DNA of 44,251 nt from Paraglomus brasilianum (taxonomy: Eukaryota). Positions within the stretch are counted from its first letter, which is position 1; each line of letters begins with the position of its first letter. This document shows positions 10,684 through 22,230 of the stretch, one piece after another. Both the position numbers and the translations under genes were made by a program. Where the stretch lies: contig CAJVPI010000189.1 of assembly GCA_910592345.1 (NCBI GenBank), positions 1-44,251 of the forward strand, written 5' to 3'. Under the pieces are notes generated by a model, which did no database searches, had not been told where the DNA came from, and was given only the letters and a program-made list of their open reading frames with translations.

Positions 10684-12735
10684 CTATTTATTCATGTTCC
10701 ACTGTAATGCTCTAATCGCTTTTAGAGCAGCAGAGGCATCCGGCCTCTCCGATCCTCTAGTCTGCATCCATTCACCCAGTTGTACAATGTTATCTGAAAG
10801 ACCGAGGATCCAATGTGACGATTCTTTGATCAAATGTCCGACACCCCAGACATCCACTTCCCCGCCATGACAGTCATTTAACACTTCTGGTGCATGACAA
10901 CTTCGCTCAAGATGAGTTGCTGCACGAGTTGGTGGACTGGCTGCCTCGTCCCAATCAATAAGAAACCATTTCAACAGGTTGTCAGATGCGCGAATTACAT
11001 TTGGCCACCGAATATCACGGTGGAATAGAGGATTGGGAGTACTGTGCATAACCTGTGTTGAACATTATAGCAATAAGCATTTGGTTAAAAAGAGAAAAGA
11101 TTTCTGAGGATGTGTATTTTTACCACTAGTGCTTCAAGAATGCAAGAAACAGCTTGAATCAGTTCTTCTTCAGTTTTCGGGTAGGTGCTCATGCCTTTTG
11201 GTGCGAGATATGCAACAGATTGCTGATTCTCTATGGATTCCCTCTTGTAGACAAGATAATCGACATTTGGTACCCGTTTTTCAGCTAATGTGTTATAGAC
11301 ATTCTGAAGCTTTGCCAGGCATGCAGCACGATTTGAACCCATAAAGGCCTTCCTTATGTTTGTTCCACAAACCTCAATAGTGCGTAATACTTCCATATTA
11401 GTGTCCCTTCTTTCAACCACCTGAAACTCAGGTGCCCCATGCCAGCCAATTATATCTGTGATTGATGATAGCAGGAAGGAGACATTGATCATACGTCGAA
11501 GGTGATATATTCGTCCATGCAGCATTCGGAGATCTGAAGTCACAATGTCAACAAGTTCTGGCAGATTTGAGGTACTTGAAGGTCGGCAAATGGCAGTGAA
11601 CACAACAATGGGCCCATTTGCATAATACCCTAACAGTGAACCAGAAATTTAACTCAGCATTAAACATATATTTGTTTGAAATAAGGCAGAGAATCTTACC
11701 TAAAATGTAGGGCACATTACCATAGCTCCAGACAAGCTTCTCCTGGAGTTCGCACCTAGGATCAACTCCACTTTCTTGGGATTTCTCTTCCCCTCTGAAG
11801 GGGCAAACCCCATTGAGAATAAATCCAAAGTCTGGCTGCTTTGTATTGGTACTGGTTCCATGACATGTATTTCGGATGGAAGTACCCTCAGGAAGGATAT
11901 ACTGAAGGATGTCTCTTATGTTTCTGTCCCAGAGAGAATGAAAAGTGTCCTCTGTTGAATTGGCTGGAGGTATGAAACTCCAAAGGGCTGATGTAAACAT
12001 TTTTGTAAAAAGTTGGAAGGCGTTTTCAGTGTCAGAAATGCGAAACAAGACTGCAATATCTTCTGGTGTACATGGATCATTCAGTTGCATGCTGATGAGC
12101 ATATCAAATTGATCTTGTGAGAGTGGAATTTTCATGTCCTCTCGGAGACTGTTTTCAAGAAAGGATTCAAGTTCATGGATCTCAGGAAGGATAATGCAGC
12201 ATTTTTCCCGATAAGTATCCAGTACATTGAGGCTGACATCTAGTGTTATGAAGTATTATGCAAATAAGAATGTCAATATATCTTAAACAAAAAAAAAGAA
12301 TATTAGAAATGCAAGTGCATACTACACACCTGGCTTCTTCCTTTTCCTTTCTGAAGGAAACAAAATCACAAATGAGAATAACTGGTTAGTAAATTATATG
12401 AACACAAACAAAAAACAATATTAACTAGTGATTAACTTTGTGTGTTACCTGTTTTCACAGTATTTTGTGCTAATTATAAAGAAACAGAAAAGAGACCACA
12501 AATGCATGTTAAAGTGAATAAATGAGGGAAACAGAATAAATTTTAATATGAGAAATCATATTACTATTCTATCCATGTACATGTTACTCTATGTCACCAA
12601 CATCCAAGTCACAAAGTCATTACCTCTATCCTCTTCTTCAAGGATTTTGAGCTGCCATTGCCCATAAACTTCTTCTGTTATAAGGCCGGATTCATATCGT
12701 TGCTTCAGTTTTACAAGGCGTTCATCAGTATTCAT
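10684..12735 (-). CDS. Crinkler/CR-type effector: SHOCT-like N-terminus + NLS + PD-(D/E)xK-like REase + kinase domain, 522 aa
   Basis: Manual exon model: 12735-12624, 12469-12449, 12350-12330, 12239-11700, 11629-11124, 11052-10684. All introns GT-AG; total 1569 nt, in frame. Motifs: ERLVKLKQRYESGLITEEVY; RKRKKP; QPDFGFILNGVCPFRGEEK; FHRDIRWPNVI..FLIDWDEA..HAPEV..DVWGVG. Confidence 0.85.
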
Positions 12736-13207
12736 AGTGGATAATGAAGAATGATATCAATGACGTATTATTAATTATTGGGAACTTTCTAGATCTTTTC
12801 ACAATGTAACTAATGTGCATAATGTGACCAATGATAATCAATGCGTTACAACCACGTAATAACAATTGTAATGCAGAAAATAATTCCTTCTCTGAACAGA
12901 GCCAAAACAAGAATCTCCATCAACAAACGTTATTCTTGTGATCGTAGTCTATATGACAGCATGATATTATGAATGGGAGACCATGTTTTCATTAAATTGG
13001 GACAATTGGCGGGTATATTAATTGCAAAAGATTAACATAATCAGGATATTTACAATGATTGATATACTTAATTTCTTGTTTATTACTTTTTACATACAAT
13101 GTACAGTACGTTTGCATATTCACTAGAACGATTTCATGGGAGGAAATACTCGGACCCAAAGCCATAAATGAGTACCCCTATATTTGGTCGCTCTAGTGAA
13201 ATCTATG

Positions 13208-13625
13208 CTATATATTATTATAAATGCTGTTAACATCTATGTTTCTCTTCTCCTTTTCTTTATCTACCCATTTTTTGAGCGCTTTGATTGTTTTTTTCGA
13301 GAATAGGCCTTTTAGACTAAAAGTGATAATGCTTTTTCTTCCGCGTACTTTATGGTATTTTATAACCATCTTGTTGAATAAGACTGAGTCCAGCTCAGAA
13401 GTTTTTATCAAATAACTTGTTAAGACCTTCCCACAAACATGTTATACTTGATAAGTATTTTCGCTCAATGAGCAGCTGGTCAATTGTCCTTGATTTTATC
13501 GCTTGAAAAAGCGTTTGAGTTATGATACGGACTTGATTGTGAGTTTTGTAGTAGAACGAAGTACCGGCGATAAATGTGATCAGCAGTAGTGACTCGCAGA
13601 AGATTTCAATAGCGAAGGTAAACAT
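13208..13625 (-). pseudogene. Possible frameshifted small gene with N-terminal hydrophobic segment
   Basis: Two overlapping minus-strand ORFs (MFTFAIEIFCESLLLITFIAG... and ..IKTSELDSVLF...KKWVDKEKEKRN) joinable by a frameshift near 13410. No family recognised. Confidence 0.3.
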
Positions 13626-14244
13626 TTTGAGTGGTATTGTTATTTGATTTTGTAGATAATAAAAATTATGCTTTCGATAATGCGGTTGCAACTCGGTCGA
13701 TTGCAATTTTTTAAGCGAAAATCTGGGTGAAATGGTGCTGGTTTTATAATTTGCCGATCAAACGTAATGATTTATTCTAGTATTTCTTTTTTATTACCTT
13801 TGATACTTACCCATTGTTTTTAATAGATACAGGTTTTGCTGGTCATAAATTGTGTCGGATTTGTAATACTTGGACACAGCGAACAAAAATTATCGATTTA
13901 ATGCTGTTCTTATCGAACAGTATATAAAGAATCACGGAAATTATCGATAATTAACAATAATAAAGAAACTGATATTTGCTTTATGTTTCTAGCTTTCGTT
14001 TCTTTCTTGGTTCATCATAAGTTGGGGTTAAGGTTCGTTTATGGTCTATTTTTTTTTTGTTCTTGGTAAATTTCATAAGTGGAGAGTTTGGGTAAAAATG
14101 CATCTACAATTTGTGTACAAGTTATTGTTGGTGATAATCAAAATGTTATTAGTACGTGTATTAGTCAAATCAGTTAACTTTCAGCCACATCAGCCTCTCA
14201 TTTATGCCACATAATAGAATGTTCACTTTGTCTGGTTTTGTTGC

Positions 14245-14620
14245 CATATTTCAACGATCATCTGACCAATCCAAAAATAGATCATTCCACAAGGTGTTGT
14301 TACGTGATAAAACTGCAAATTGAGTAGGTCCAAGAATTGTTCAATATCAGCAAAATCATCTGGTGGGACATTAAATGTAATTAATGAAAGTTTTTGATGG
14401 TCATATTTCAACGATCATCTGACCAATCCAAAAATAGATCATTCCACAAGGTGTTGTTGATACGTGATAAAACTGTAAAAGGCAGAGATTTGAGTTTGCT
14501 TAAGGTCCAAGAATTGTTCAATATCACCAACATCGGGTGGGGCATATTAAATGTAATTAATGAAAGTTTTTGATGGTCATATTCCAACGATCATCTGACC
14601 AATCCAAAAATAGATTATTA
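14245..14620. repeat. Tandem ~155-175 bp repeat (about 2.3 units); related copies at 24240-24510 and ~18430/18614
   Basis: ATTTCAACGATCATCTGACCAATCCAAAAATAGAT recurs near 14248, 14405 and 14581, with variants near 24303, 24472 and 18614. Confidence 0.9.
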
Positions 14621-15021
14621 CACTGCCATAGTCAACGCCCATTTGACCAATAATAATTGTATCATTTCTTTTAAGAAAGAACTGAAGGGGATTTTTGGCA
14701 AGGGCGTTCAGGCAGTTACTGACAGCATCCCAAAAGCTGACTATGAGAAGTCCTTCCAGAATTGGTAAATTTATCTGCAACGTTATATAGACGTTAATTT
14801 GAGGGAATACCCTCACATACAGAAATGCGAGGGAATTAGCAATGTCGTCAATCGTTTATACAAATTAAAGAAGGTTGTTGTCACATTATTATCGATTACG
14901 CCATTACTGCCAACTTTTAATTTTTTAACTGTCATAGAGACCATATTTATTCATAATTTGTGCAATTGTTATCATAGAAACATACTAAAATTCTTATATA
15001 ATATAATGTATAATAAACTAA

Positions 15022-15536
15022 TTACATGTTATTGTGCTTAAGACGAAGAAGCAACAGCGCCATTTCGATGTCTGTCAATTTTTCTTCTCGAGCTCCTTGC
15101 CTTTGTTGCTGTACGTTCGCAAATATTAAACTTGCCCCGTCCAGACAACGGGTTAGGTTTTCCGTTGTCTACCAAATGAAAGGAAGAAAGTGTAGTAATG
15201 TTTATAACATTATTCATTTCTAGACAAGATTTCAATTGCTTACCCGGTCGGCTTATTGTTGTTGCTCTCTTCTTCCTTGACTTCTTCGTGAACGTCGTCT
15301 ACGCTCATCTTCAGCTCATCCACCAACTTTTCAACTTTTTCCCCTTTATTTGCATTTTTACAAACGCTTTTGGGTCTAGCCATATCTTGTCGAGTGCATT
15401 GTTTGACTGTTATAATGTGGTGACGTCCTGTATAATCAAGTTCCCTCGATTTACGCTTGGGTCGAATAAAGTCAGTTCTTTATCTTTATCACTTTGGGCC
15501 TTGCGTTTGTGTGGTGAATTAGCTACAGCTTGTGTG
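15022..15536 (-). pseudogene. Small-gene family copy, disrupted (start deleted, indels in exon 1, exon 2 open)
   Basis: Exon 2 reads TTENLTRCLDGASLIFANVQQQRQGAREEKLTDIEMALLLLRLKHNNM*. Exon 1 remnant KSRELDYTG..EKVEKLVDELKMSVDDVHEEVKEE has frameshifts, and the ATG region is missing. Confidence 0.85.
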
Positions 15537-15592
15537 ATACACAGTTCGGAAATTGCCCTATCAAAAGGTTTTTTTTTGTGACGTTTTCGTCG

Positions 15593-15957
15593 AGCATTCC
15601 CGGTAGCGAAGATAAATCGATGACTCCATAATGGTCATGTTGTAGCAGTATGTTTTGATACTAAATGGATGCAAGTGTTATGGTCTGTGGAAATCGTACG
15701 CTTTAATTCCATGGATCTTGCGCTTATTTATAAGTTTTCGACATGCTTATTGACATCATAGACATATATTAAATGGGAAATATTGCTTCTAATAAACTGC
15801 CATATTGGGTGATTACGTTTCATTGCGATGTACATACAGTACGTTATCTGTGTTCCTATTACCGTAATACTGGCGCAGTATAGTTACGTGTCTCAAAACA
15901 AAATAAACAGTCGCCAATTGTTCGACATTTATCAATTAATAAATGCAAACATTAAAG
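15593..15957 (-). repeat. Inverted duplicate of ~7729-8097
   Basis: Close reverse complement, e.g. ATCTTGCGCTTATTTATAAGTTTTCGACATGCTTATTGACATCATAGACATA versus ~7921-7973. Confidence 0.9.
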
Positions 15958-16071
15958 TCTACATATTTTTAAATTTTCGTTATAGTAAACTCTCGATAAT
16001 ATTGCTGTTTTGGTCCAGCCCGACGTCTTCATCTTATCAAGAGTGACCGTATTACGTGATATATGTACTTA

Positions 16072-16415
16072 CCGTATTTCTCTGACTCGGGTACTTAATT
16101 CGGGGGGTATTTTGATGTAAGGAGGGTGACTACCTAGTGGTGTACATATATGCGAAACATATATGCAGCATTCTCGTCGGCTAAACATCATGACAAGAAA
16201 CAATACTGTTCGCAGAGCACGACTTAGTAATAAGGTTCATCGTTCGTGGGAGAAACTAATACATGATAGACTAAAATGTTACTCAAGTACCTTATATATT
16301 AATATTGCAAATAGAAATAGGGGGTATTCGCAGTTTATTTATAATACAAAATCAGGCCTCAAAAAACTTCTGAGAGATTTTTTATTCAGGGGGTACTTTA
16401 TTCAGAGAAATACGG
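16072..16415. mobile_element. Non-autonomous pogo/Tigger-like DNA transposon (MITE)
   Basis: TIR CCGTATTTCTCTGA / TCAGAGAAATACGG with TA on both sides. Confidence 0.9.
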
Positions 16416-16985
16416 TAGATGATTATATAAGATTTATAGAAAATCGATTGCACATGCATTTAAAAGGTGTATGCAATAACAGAGAAGTCCGAACTCGGGA
16501 CAAAAAAAAAAGGCATGCGCTTAGCATTTAGAGGAGATGCATGTAGAGGAGTTTGACGATATTTACAAGTTCTACTGTACTATTAAAATAATTGGGATAT
16601 CATTACATAGAAAATAATTTAAAACAATACTAACGGGTAGTAACTGCAGTAACCATGTAATTTATAATATGTATTCAAACATGGGTTGGTGTTAATATGA
16701 TAATCTCGGGGGGTGCTTATTAATGATCAAATTTAATTGTAGAAGAGTAGTACTATAGCGTGTGGTTGTAAGTTTATGCATAAGTGCAATACCCCCTGAC
16801 TAAATGTTAATTAGGGATATACAGTGATGCGACAATTTGCGTCAATCGTTTGTAGAAATTAAAAGAACACAACTTCATTACTGCCAACATTAATATAACT
16901 ACCATAGAGACCATATTTATTCATAATTTGTGCGATTATTATCATAGAAACATACTAAAATTCTTATGTAACATAATGTATAATA

Positions 16986-17731
16986 TTAGAATTGCTTAAG
17001 GCGAAGAAGCAACCGCGCTATCTCAATATCCGTCAATTTCTCTTCTCGATCGTTACACTTGAGAGAATATCGCCTTAGTTGTTGTTTATTCGCACGAGTC
17101 GCAAGTGTTAAACTTACTTGGCTCGCAAAACTGGTTAGGTTTTCTGTAGTCTATCAAATAAAAAGAGTGGAATAATTAGTATAGAAATTTGCGTAATTTT
17201 ATTATTTCCTGTTGCTACAATTTATTTTTATCTTTTAAGGTGCGTCGCCTCAACAGATTTATGAGGTCTTTATATCAACACCTGGCTAATTCTATGTACA
17301 AATAGGTTTAGGCTTTCTGTTGTCTACCAAATAAAAGGGGGAGGTAAAATAATTAGGATAACGATTTACGTAATAATTATAACAGTATTCTTACCCAGTC
17401 AGCAAACATTGCGTTATTGTTACTACTCCCTTCTTCTTTGACTTCTTCGTGAAACGTCGTCTACGCTCATCTTTAGCTCATCCGCCAGCTTTTCAACTTT
17501 TTCTAACTTACTTTCCATGGCTCCAAGCTCCTTTTCCCGTTGTTGGCATTTCTTACAAATCTTTTTGGGTCTAGTTATAGCTTGTCGATTACGTTGTTTA
17601 ACTGTCATAATCGGTAGACGTCCTGTATAATCAATTTCCCTTGATTTATGCCTCCTGCGTTTGTGTGGTGGCAGATTAGCCACAGCTTGCGTAGTGTCCG
17701 AGAGATTAATGCTTTGCTTCTCGCGGCTCAT
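16986..17731 (-). pseudogene. Small-gene family copy with a 1-nt insertion in exon 1 and two tandem 3' exons
   Basis: MSREKQSINLSDTTQAVANLPPHKRRRHKSRE... An extra A at ~17452-17454 (GTGAAACG vs GTGAACG in paralogs) shifts the frame to VSRRSQRRRE*. Proximal exon ends 17323; distal exon 17150-16986 is open (..DIEIARLLLRLKQF*). Confidence 0.85.
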
Positions 17732-18330
17732 TGATGATATTTCTAATATCAGCAATGAGGCGAGCGTCCGTGTATTTATCAGAAACCGCGATGTTGCTTG
17801 CGTGATACAACAGGTTATCACCGAACGCTATAAATTTGTTCGCTGTTGTAAAAAGTTGTTGAACAAATAGGACAGCATGAGCTTATTAAATATTCCTAGT
17901 AATGATAGTGTCACAAATACGTTATCGAATCCTTAAAAACCCCTATTAAACACTCTGTCAGCCATTTTGTTGACCGTTTTCCTTCAAAAAACCTTATGAG
18001 TTTGCATGTTATTTACTTGTGTAACACTTTGTACCTTGTACCCGGATACTATTTATTTATTATTATATTATTTATTTTTAGAACACCCAATAAATAGCAG
18101 ATGCAACATTGATTATTGGAATTATTTTTTACCATGTCGCTAAACTCCCTCCAGCCAAAACAAAGTCTTATAACTCGAATATAGTCAGTTCAGCCATTTA
18201 TGCAAACAAAAACAAATCGGAAAACTTGATATTACTGGTAGCTCATTCTCAGTGTTTTAAAGAGTAATAAAACATCTCGTGAATAAGAACAAAGGCATTA
18301 CGAATATACCCCCCCCCCCCATCGTACCTC

Positions 18331-18416
18331 AGTTGGGGACCTGTCTCGGTTCTGGATTGAGACAACTGAGTTCTGGACTGAGTGACTGGGTTCCAAACTG
18401 AGACAGGTCCCCAACT
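18331..18416. mobile_element. Small foldback/MITE-like element
   Basis: 17-bp perfect inverted arms AGTTGGGGACCTGTCTC / GAGACAGGTCCCCAACT around ~20-bp internal CTGAG/TTCTGGA subrepeats. Confidence 0.7.
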
Positions 18417-18444
18417 CAGACACAACAATGGTCATATTTCAACA

Positions 18445-18613
18445 GGAGGCAATCATTTCGTCGACAATCATTTCACCGACAATCATTTCACCGACAAATC
18501 TTCACCAACATTATTTCGAAGTTATCCTCTTTTGGTAGTTAATTGTCGGTGAAATGTGCTGTCGGTGAAATGTGCTGTCGGTGAAATGATTGTCGATGAA
18601 ATAATACGGACCC
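18445..18613. mobile_element. Foldback-type non-autonomous element (MULE-like) with 8-9 bp TSD
   Basis: Subterminal arrays (ATCATTTCACCGACA)n / (TGTCGGTGAAATG)n. Flanked by direct ATTTCAAC at 18436-18443 and 18614-18621. The empty site is seen at 14400-14420 and 24468-24490. Confidence 0.85.
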
Positions 18614-19440
18614 ATTTCAACGATCAGCTGACCAGTCCAAAATAGATCATTCCGAAGATGGAGATGAGAAACGAAGCAGTGATGTCAGAAATTGTCAAAG
18701 AGTTGACGACCTATTGTCGAGTCAATAACCGCAGGAGAGCCGCTTTCAAACGGAGCTGTGGCTTTTCCTATTTTCAATTTAAATACGACGACAGTTAGTG
18801 ACCTGTAAACTAGGCTTTATTAGTCACGACCTTATTCGCACTCTTAATCAACTATTTCCCCTTCCGATGAAATTAATTCGGAAGCCTATAGGTTATGGCA
18901 TACTTGTATCTATCTGAAATGCATTTCCACTTAAGCGAATAACAATCGTAATGCCAAGAGAATATCAACGGCGGATATTTCCAATCGATATAGAGATTAG
19001 TGGTTTATAACTACATCGAATAATTTACCAGAGAACGAATAATGTATTTCAAGGGGAGGCATTTATTTCACCGACAATCATTTCATTTCACGTGAGACAT
19101 TGTCTATCGCACTTATCATTGGGTTTCGATAAAATTTATGTTAAATTTATGTCGGTGAAATGAACCGGACCCTTTCAGAGTATAAAGAACTGCTCGTTTA
19201 TTAGAAAGGAGTATCGGAGTACGCTTCTTATATCTCGAGATTTCAATTCTTTCTATTACGGTTAGCGGATGCATTTCCCTAACGTTAATATTATAATTGT
19301 TTACGGGTGTACAAACCATGCTAATGCGAAATGAGAAAATACATCATCATTTAATCTTAGACCTAATGAGTAGAAGAACTATGCAATACTATAACTAGGA
19401 ATGAAACATGGTGATATTTCTTTACGATTTCAAGTAAAGA
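18614..19440. repeat. Duplicated segment, paralog at ~24472-25310
   Basis: Long shared stretches, e.g. TAAATACGACGACAGTTAGTGACCTGTAAACTAGGCTTTATTA and CACTTAAGCGAATAACAATCGTAATGCCAAGAGAATATCAACGGCGGATATT. Confidence 0.9.
19055..19172. mobile_element. Second, shorter member of the GGAGGC...CGGACCC foldback family
   Basis: Same ends and TTTCACCGACA/TGTCGGTGAAA motifs. Empty site ATGTATTTCAGAGTATAAAG at ~25035-25054. TSD imperfect. Confidence 0.8.
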
Positions 19441-20216
19441 AGTAGATAAGAACAGACCACAAATTGTGAAAACGGTGCAAAACTCGAAAAAAAAGAACGT
19501 TATACCGTAGACGGGTCATGGCACGGAAGAAAGGGCATACAGTTACTGGTAAGATTTATGTAAGTAGTATCCTGCCAGAAGAACGTCTGTCGTGATAATG
19601 CTGTGCCACATAAGTCAGCAGTTCTTCCCCAGATCTTTGCCTTGTGATTTTTCTCTTATTCCCTCGAATCAAGAAAGAACTTTTGGCAAGGACGTTCAGG
19701 CAGTTGCTGACAGCATCCCAAAAACTATGAGAAATTATCTGCAACGTTACATAGACGTTAATTTGAGGGAAAACCTGCCGACAATACAGTTTAAGGGCGA
19801 TACAACAAATACTTTTGGCAGGTGTGACAACCAACGAGAGGATGGCTAAAGCGAAGTAGAACGTGACCTGATTCTTGCAATTACATTGGTCAAATTTGTA
19901 TATCAACCAATGAAATTGTAAAAAAACTACTCCGCTTTAGCCTACCCCAATACGGGTATATAATTATCGTTTCACACAATAAAACAGCCATGGAAACACA
20001 ATCCTGTTGATTTTGTTGGCGAATCCAAATTCCCAGGTACAGAGCAATGTCGTCAATCATCTATACAAATTAAAGAAGGTTGTTGTCACATTATTATCAA
20101 TTACGCCATTACTGCCAACATTAATATAACCACCATAGAGACCATATTTATTCATAATTTGTGCGATTATTATCATAGAAACATACTAAAATTCTTATGT
20201 AACATAATGTATAATA

Positions 20217-20904
20217 TTAGATTTGCTTAAGGCGAAGAAGCAACCGCGCTATCTCAATATCTGTCAATTTCTCCTCTTGATCGTTACACTTGAGAGAATA
20301 TCGCCTTAGTTGTTGTTTATTCGCACGAGTCGCAAGTGTTAAACTTATTTGGCTCGCAAAACTGGTTAGGTTTTCTGTTGTCTACCAAATGAAAAGATAA
20401 TTAGTATAGAATTTTATTATTTTCTGTTGCTATAATTTATTTTTATCTTTTAAGTCGCCTCAACAGATTTATGAGGTCTTTATATCAAGCACCTAGCTAA
20501 TTCTATGTACAAATAGATTTAGACTTTCTGGATAAAGATTTGCGTAATAGTTATAACATTATTCTTACCCAGCCAGCAAACATTGCGTTATTGTTACTGC
20601 TCCCTTCTTCTTTGACTTCTTCGTGAACGTCGTCTATGCTCATCTTTAGCTCATCCACCAACTTTTCAACTTTTTCTAACTTACTTTCCACGGTTTCAAG
20701 CTCCTTTTCCCGTTGTTGGCATTTCTTACAAATCTTTTTGGGTCTGGTTATAGTTTGTCGATTACGTTGTTTAACTGTCATAATTGGGAGATGTCCTGTA
20801 TAATCAATTTCCCTCGATTTATGCCTCCTGCGTTTGTGTGGTGGCGGATTAGCCACAGCTTGTGTAGTGTCCGAGAGATTAATACTTTGTTTCTCGCGGC
20901 TCAT
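20217..20904 (-). CDS. Small-gene family member, intact, 166 aa (basic NLS, CxxC, coiled coil, C-terminal DIEIARLLLRLK motif)
   Basis: Exon 1 20904-20569 (TGG|GTAAGA), intron with CTAAT branch site and TTGGTAG acceptor, exon 2 20381-20217 TTENLTSFASQISLTLATRANKQQLRRYSLKCNDQEEKLTDIEIARLLLRLKQI*. Phase-0 join is in frame. Confidence 0.85.
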
Positions 20905-21839
20905 ATTGGAAATATGACGGGTGTCATGGCGAGTGTCTTGTATTTAAACTAACGTGCATTACACTGATATGTCACACACGGAAATTGCCTTTGCCAAATT
21001 AGTTCTTACTATAGAAATTGGCAAACAAATAGAAACTTAGCGATTGAATATTCATTCATCTAACGTGAAACATTGCCGGTATGTTACACAATCCGTAAAT
21101 TGGTAAACAAATAGAAGAGAATCGACTCACCCATTGAATATTCTTTAACATCTACAGTTACTTATCTACTATATAATACCTTTCTAGTAATAATTGTGTC
21201 ATAGATACTATAAGTAACGGTATCGACTCTTGGGGTATTATTATAAACCGTGTCAATCAAAGCTTATTTTATTGACCATTTTTCTTTGAAAGCAACCATA
21301 TTAATATAGCCGACCCACCAAGAAGTCATGAACTTGCTTGTGTATCACAATTTGTCCCGATTAAGTATACGAGTCATTTATATTAAAACATCCAATCGGA
21401 TGCCTTTATATTAACTATTGGAAATTAACATTTCTGTTATAGCAAAAGACATATTTATCATAAACAAGATGTAAGAATTACTTGCCAAGCTATTGTTGTA
21501 TTAACATCGGAGTATCCGCAAAATTTACAATCAACAAGCTCTTTTAACGTGCTTAATTTAGAGCACATTATCTTTTATATATATATTATAAAAACATTAT
21601 TTCTAGCTCTCAAAATATTGGTGTAAAATAAATAAAACTGTCAAAGTAACTGCGTTGTTTGGCATCTTTGATTAGTCGCGCCGCATTTCTTTAGCTGTTT
21701 AATCTACCATATGTTTCTATCAAGGTATTGCAGAGTTCAAATTCGCTATCTCCTGTTTATCGCGAAGGTTAAAGTTTCAAATATACGTTTTTGGGCGACA
21801 ATTAGACACCAAAGCGTGTCAGAAGAACTTATATTATCA

Positions 21840-21910
21840 ATTTATAATCAATCCCCTTGATTTACGCTTCTTGCGTTTGCGTAATGGTACAGCTCGTGTA
21901 GATTGATGAA
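21840..21910 (-). pseudogene. Highly decayed remnant of small-gene family exon 1
   Basis: ATAATCAATCCCCTTGATTTACGCTTCTTGCGTTTGCG...ACAGCTCGTGTAG matches the KRKxRKSRExD region of the 38 kb copy. Confidence 0.65.
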
Positions 21911-22230
21911 ATTTTGCGGGAGCTGAAATGTGGTTTGTCGTCAGCGATTGAATTTCATTAATATTATAGTGTCACAAATTACGTCATCGAAGATCTTTAT
22001 ATTGTTGATCGGGGTAACCCGAGTTATTTACAGTGTGTTACAAAAGTCTTTGCACAACCATTAATAAAATTATAAGTCTCCCCATACGACTGATGGTGCA
22101 TTCGCAAAAACAGAAAATCGTCTTCAAAGAAATTAGGCCTTTTTTTTTAATCCCCAAATAATAATCAACGAGTAGACTTTGTCCAATTTCTGGCGGTCTG
22201 GACAAGTTATCTATATTAATATCTATATAT

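Noticed and set aside
14245..14620. Repeat-spacer array or repeat protein (MIYFWIGQMIVE ORFs)
   Set aside because: The intervening sequences are also homologous, and the ORFs are short and frame-inconsistent; this is a tandem duplication.
15026..15581. Plus-strand ORFs overlapping family copies (also 17661-17870, 20713-20952, 38321-38512)
   Set aside because: Antisense shadows; splice signals and conserved peptides support the minus strand.
16163..16531. 122-aa ORF as a gene
   Set aside because: Starts inside a MITE and runs through its TIR; no motif support.
20640..20850. Calling the small-gene family a bZIP or Zn2Cys6/GATA factor
   Set aside because: No bZIP N-x7-R spacing adjoining the zipper and only a single CxxC.
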